A DNA stretch of 64,000 nucleotides from the human T2T-CHM13v2.0 reference genome, Homo sapiens. The notes under the pieces are model-generated. The model was not told the origin of the DNA and searched no databases. It saw only the letters and a list, made by a program, of their open reading frames with translations. The position numbers and the translations under genes were made by a program. Where the stretch lies: NCBI RefSeq assembly GCF_009914755.1, contig NC_060930.1. One strand, given 5' to 3'. Shown here piece after piece: positions 59,651 through 64,000 of the stretch; within the stretch, counting starts at the first letter, position 1, and the number at the start of each line of letters is the position of its first letter.

Positions 59651-62439
59651 GCATCTTCAACACATCCACTCATTGTCCCTATGACCCTCATTGTTATGGA
59701 GCTTGGGGCATCCCCTACTGACACTCCAAATAGTCATGACAGAATTAGAATCTACAGGCAGCTTAAGCCTGCTCCCTAAGATTTCTGATGTATTTCTTAA
59801 ATGAAATAATGGCTAATTTAAAAAATAAAAATAATAGTTTCAAATTATGTATCTTAGAGAAAAGGTAGCTATTAGATGACGTTACTGTGAACATACAAAT
59901 ATCCCCATCCTCAACTGTGATGTCTTTATTGGAGAATTCTAAACTTGTTAATAAACTTTCTTAAGGGATAGGGGTTCTGTGAATTCAAGCAATATCTTAC
60001 ATTGCATAGATGCACCTAACATCTCCACAAATTGTTATGCAAATTCAACCATTCTGAATCAGTGTCAAAAAGTAAATACAATCACAGTAAAAGGCGGTGT
60101 TACCTTGCTGTTCTACATCCCTCACCAAGGCCTTTTCTTTTCCTGGGAACAGCAGTTAAATCCTCTGCCCAGCATTTAATCTTTACAGGTTGTGTGGAGC
60201 ATAACAAACAAGTAAAAACATATTACAATAATTTAGGAGTAAGAGTTAGCAGAGTGCTATGAGTATTTCTGGATACCACACATTTCAGATTCTCTTGTAT
60301 AATTGCCTTGGATCTTGGGGGAAAAAATCTTTCTTATAAGTGAAAGCAGACAAATATTTTGGCATCTTTATATTGAGACATCATATATTGTAATGCAAGA
60401 GTGATTACCTTATTGGTCTCCAAGCTCTTTCTGGTTCAAGACCACTGTTCACGCTGACCCCCTGGCCCCTCACTCTGACTTTTTAGCCTGTGTCTTTATC
60501 CTAATCATATTTTAAGTCATTACCACCCATTTGTTTCTACTGTCTTACTCAAAGTTTTCACAACTTGGTGATTGCTTTTTGGTTGGTTATTAATATATGG
60601 TCTGCATTTCCCTTTCAACTGCGGGCTTGTACTTCTGGCACACAGCAGGTGCTCAAGATATGCTTTGTTGAATGCATGAATTCTCTGCATTGAGAGACAG
60701 TTGTGACAGATATATAGGGCATAGGTTAAGAGTTTGTGTGCATTTTTGCTCAATTGTGTGTGTGTTTCTCCCTCAGAAATAGAATACGAAAATATATTTT
60801 TCCTTCCCATTAAGAACATCTGACAGGAGGTCACACTTCAGTATAGTTGATATATCATGTTTAGAAAAATGAACTTGTTTTTAAATGGGATTTTCATTCT
60901 TATACACTTCCTAGTGTTTATGAAAGAGAGAGAAGCTAATGGCCTTGATCTTGCTGGGAGTGTTTTTTATTTTCTATATTTCTCTTCTCGCTAAATAAAA
61001 GGGAAATGTGTGGGTAATTATAGGCTATTGCAATGTAATATTCCTGGTGGCCACCATATGAAAGAATCATAAGCATTTTTCATTCCTTTCAACCCAACTA
61101 ATAGCAGGTAAGTTCACTGCAAGCCAAATCCTTTAATGCCCATAGAAAATATTTTAAAACTTACTGGTTCAAAATTAAGCTTAATTATTTCTCCCTATTT
61201 GGCATATGAGAATTATACAATTTTATCTCAAAAAAGAAAATGAAAGAGAAAGTCAAACAGAACTGGTCCCAAATGATATTACGGGTCTTTACAAATAAGC
61301 ACACAATGACTTGAGGACAGGCAATTACTTTTGGGAAGCAAACAGAAAGAAATGTCAATGCCCCTTACAATTGAGGTGAACATATCCCTGTTTGTCTACC
61401 TTCATACAATTACCAAAAGTGCTTCTTTCATCCTCAAAATTATTCTGCTTTAGACAAATTATATAATCACCTTATTTATGATTTAAGAACACCTGAAGCT
61501 TAACAATTTTAGAAATTTCAAAAGGTATCTAACTAAATTGCAAAATATATCTTCTAGTGTCGGTTTTGTTTGTCATTTTTAAATATATTTGGAAAAAATA
61601 ACTGTCCTAAAATTCAGAGAAACCACCACAATTCTTTTCCCTCACATTTAACAGGAGTGGCATATTCTATGTCATAATAATGCATTCTATGGTTATCATA
61701 AAGAAAAATTTACAAAACTAGTTTAAACTATACAGCATTACAAACATACCAATAATGGCATATTTCAAGAAAGATAAATAGAAAAGCAAATGCAAAACTA
61801 TCATTAATCTTAAATTGAATGTCCGCCTCAAAAGATAATTTGTTCTCAAAGCGGTGGGAAGATATATTTTTCTTTTACCTCTCTATACTTTGGATATCTC
61901 ATATCCTTACCTAAGACATTAGTCCAAAATAAAGTCTTTTGAAAGAATGCCTACTGAGTTTCAAACCAAGTACTGGCTTCCACTTATTAGGGATAGCTTT
62001 AGAATAAGTCTCTGGAAAATAAGTGTCTCCTTGTGTGAGAATATTTGAATAGGAGCAAAATAAATGTTCTATCTCTGAAACATTTCAATATTTTTCAGAG
62101 GAAAATCATTTCATGTTTATAATATCTCAGCACAAATTTTACATGAAACACTATAGGAAAGTCTCTTTCTAGTCATTTTTTGAACACTACATTTGAAGAA
62201 GAAAATGTTAAAATCACAAAAAGTCATAAATAGTGTGTGTGCATGCATTTTATCAATACAATGATGTTTTTTGTGTCTTTAATGTATGAATAATTTTTAA
62301 AGCATATCTTCATTTTTTTCTTTTTTTTTTGGTTTATTACTTGAGAAAACAGAGGTATCAGCTACTTAAAATTGCTTTGAAAATGTGAACCTAGTCAGAC
62401 ACTGTGCACTGAAACAGTGATAAGTCACAGAATAACTAT

Positions 62440-62880
62440 GAAAAACACTGAATTTCTTCTCAGGGGACCTGGGTTCTGGTCTAGATTCTACCATAAACTA
62501 AATTTGTAGTCCTGTGTCATTCATTTTACATTTCTAAATACAAATTTCCTGATACGTAGAAACAAGCTACATATATTTCCCCTGCTTGTTTCCCAGAGTT
62601 AACAGGATCAAATAAGAAAACATATGCATATTATTCTCATTCTATTCCATATAAGGTAGACCTGAATAGTATCTTAATTGAGGAAATAAATGACTGTGAA
62701 ATGCATGAGATTCGGAATCTGATTGGGCTTCCAAGGTTCTTGGCTTGCCAGGTATCTTACCTTTGCAAGTTATTTTACTTTATTAATTCTCAGTTTGTTC
62801 ATGTGCAAAATGGGGATAATAACTTTATTAAATTTCTCATGCTTATGAGGTAATGCAAAATGTCTCCAAGTAAATATTAG
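62440..62880 (+). mobile_element. MIR fragments
   Basis: gacctgggttctggtctag...; ctcagtttgttcatgtgcaaaatggggataata. Confidence 0.55.
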
Positions 62881-64000
62881 CTTTGGGACTTCAGAGCACG
62901 ACTGCTGTGATGATGACTTCTTGCAATATTAAATAAGTGGTGAAACCATCAGTGCTTCTAGAAGCCCGAAACATGTCTACACATATATGGGAGACTCAAC
63001 AAAATGGAGGGAAAAGTGATTCCAATTTTTCAAATTACTATGAAAAGAAAACAGTGACACATTTTATAGATTCTATGTGTTAGTAGGTTGAGTTACTTAA
63101 TTCGTTCATTTAATTCCACTATATCTTAATATAACCTATATCCTACTATACTAGAAATTGGTTTGTAATATGTTTAAATAGCATGGTCAATAACTAGAAA
63201 ACTTGATCAAAATATAGTCATCAAAATGAAGAAAGGAGAGTATTAATGGTTATAGAAATTCACTGGCTAAATTGAAGGAGATGGGAGGAGGCCTAGGATA
63301 TGATCTTCAGAGATTTAGTGTGATCCAGGAGAAAAATCATATAGCAGGTGGATTTCTAGAAGATACACTCAAAAGTTAACACTGAGGTAGAGATTGATAA
63401 CCATAGTTGAGAACTCTAATTAAATTCCACCACATTGATCAGGCTGAGCCTGTTTCTTGCCTCGGAACCCAGAGGCTTCATGACATTGTTCATAGGCAAG
63501 AAGTGATTTCAGATTTTCACATATTTCTGAATAAGATTTATTGTGGGAGAATTAAAGAATGGAGGGACAAATACAAACCCTTGTTGCTCCATCAAATTTT
63601 TTCTGAAAATATAATCTTTGCTTTGTAGCTTCTTTTTGTTTATTTTTTTAAATTTTGCTCCAGCTCTTTGTTAAACAAAATTTGAAATGATTTTTTGTAT
63701 TGTGTGTTAAACATTGGATCTTTGGGAATGCAGAAGAGAAGGATATTATAAGTTAAAGGAGTAAATTATTCAAATTATGCTTCTCTGGATTAAGAATTGT
63801 TCTAAGTGTATTCTCAAATTGAAAGTTTATTAATTAGCACTTTTTAATTAAGGTTTTCTCACTATTTTGCCATATTGAATATTAGCTATTATTGATACAT
63901 CCTCTAAGATGGGCATACAAATGAGAGGATACCTAACCTGACAGGGAAAAACAAATAATTGAAGGAAAAAAAAAACTTATCCTCAAGTGTAAAATCTTAC

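Noticed and set aside
60000-64000. Possible exons or genes in the AT-rich terminal region
   Set aside because: No convincing ORF or paired splice signals; only MIR/L2 traces recognised.

Overview
This is AT-rich, repeat-dense primate genomic DNA, very probably human given an AluYb-lineage element. It is intergenic or intronic and I can support no intact protein-coding gene. The ORF-track entries are L1 ORF1/ORF2 remnants, THE1-internal, Alu-derived or chance ORFs, plus one fragment of an RPL6 processed pseudogene. Main contents: (1) a TSD-flanked U6 snRNA-L1 chimeric retrocopy, with full-length U6 fused to ~5 kb of L1PA6/7-like sequence (53111-58234, - strand); (2) a 5'-complete RPL6 processed pseudogene (35813-36761); (3) a two-LTR LTR9/HUERS-P3-type ERV1 provirus with a tRNA-Pro PBS and gag remnant (41154-50027, -); (4) a complete THE1B MaLR element (27594-29974); (5) solo LTRs (MLT2A1, THE1A, MLT1), many Alus, L1/L2/MIR fragments and two DNA-transposon relics. 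The least expected signal is four separate locally templated insertions (88-315 bp, two direct and two inverted), each copied from DNA 0.7-2.5 kb away. I see no evidence of a novel gene-encoded system. Repeat subfamily names come from remembered consensus sequences and need RepeatMasker/Dfam confirmation.
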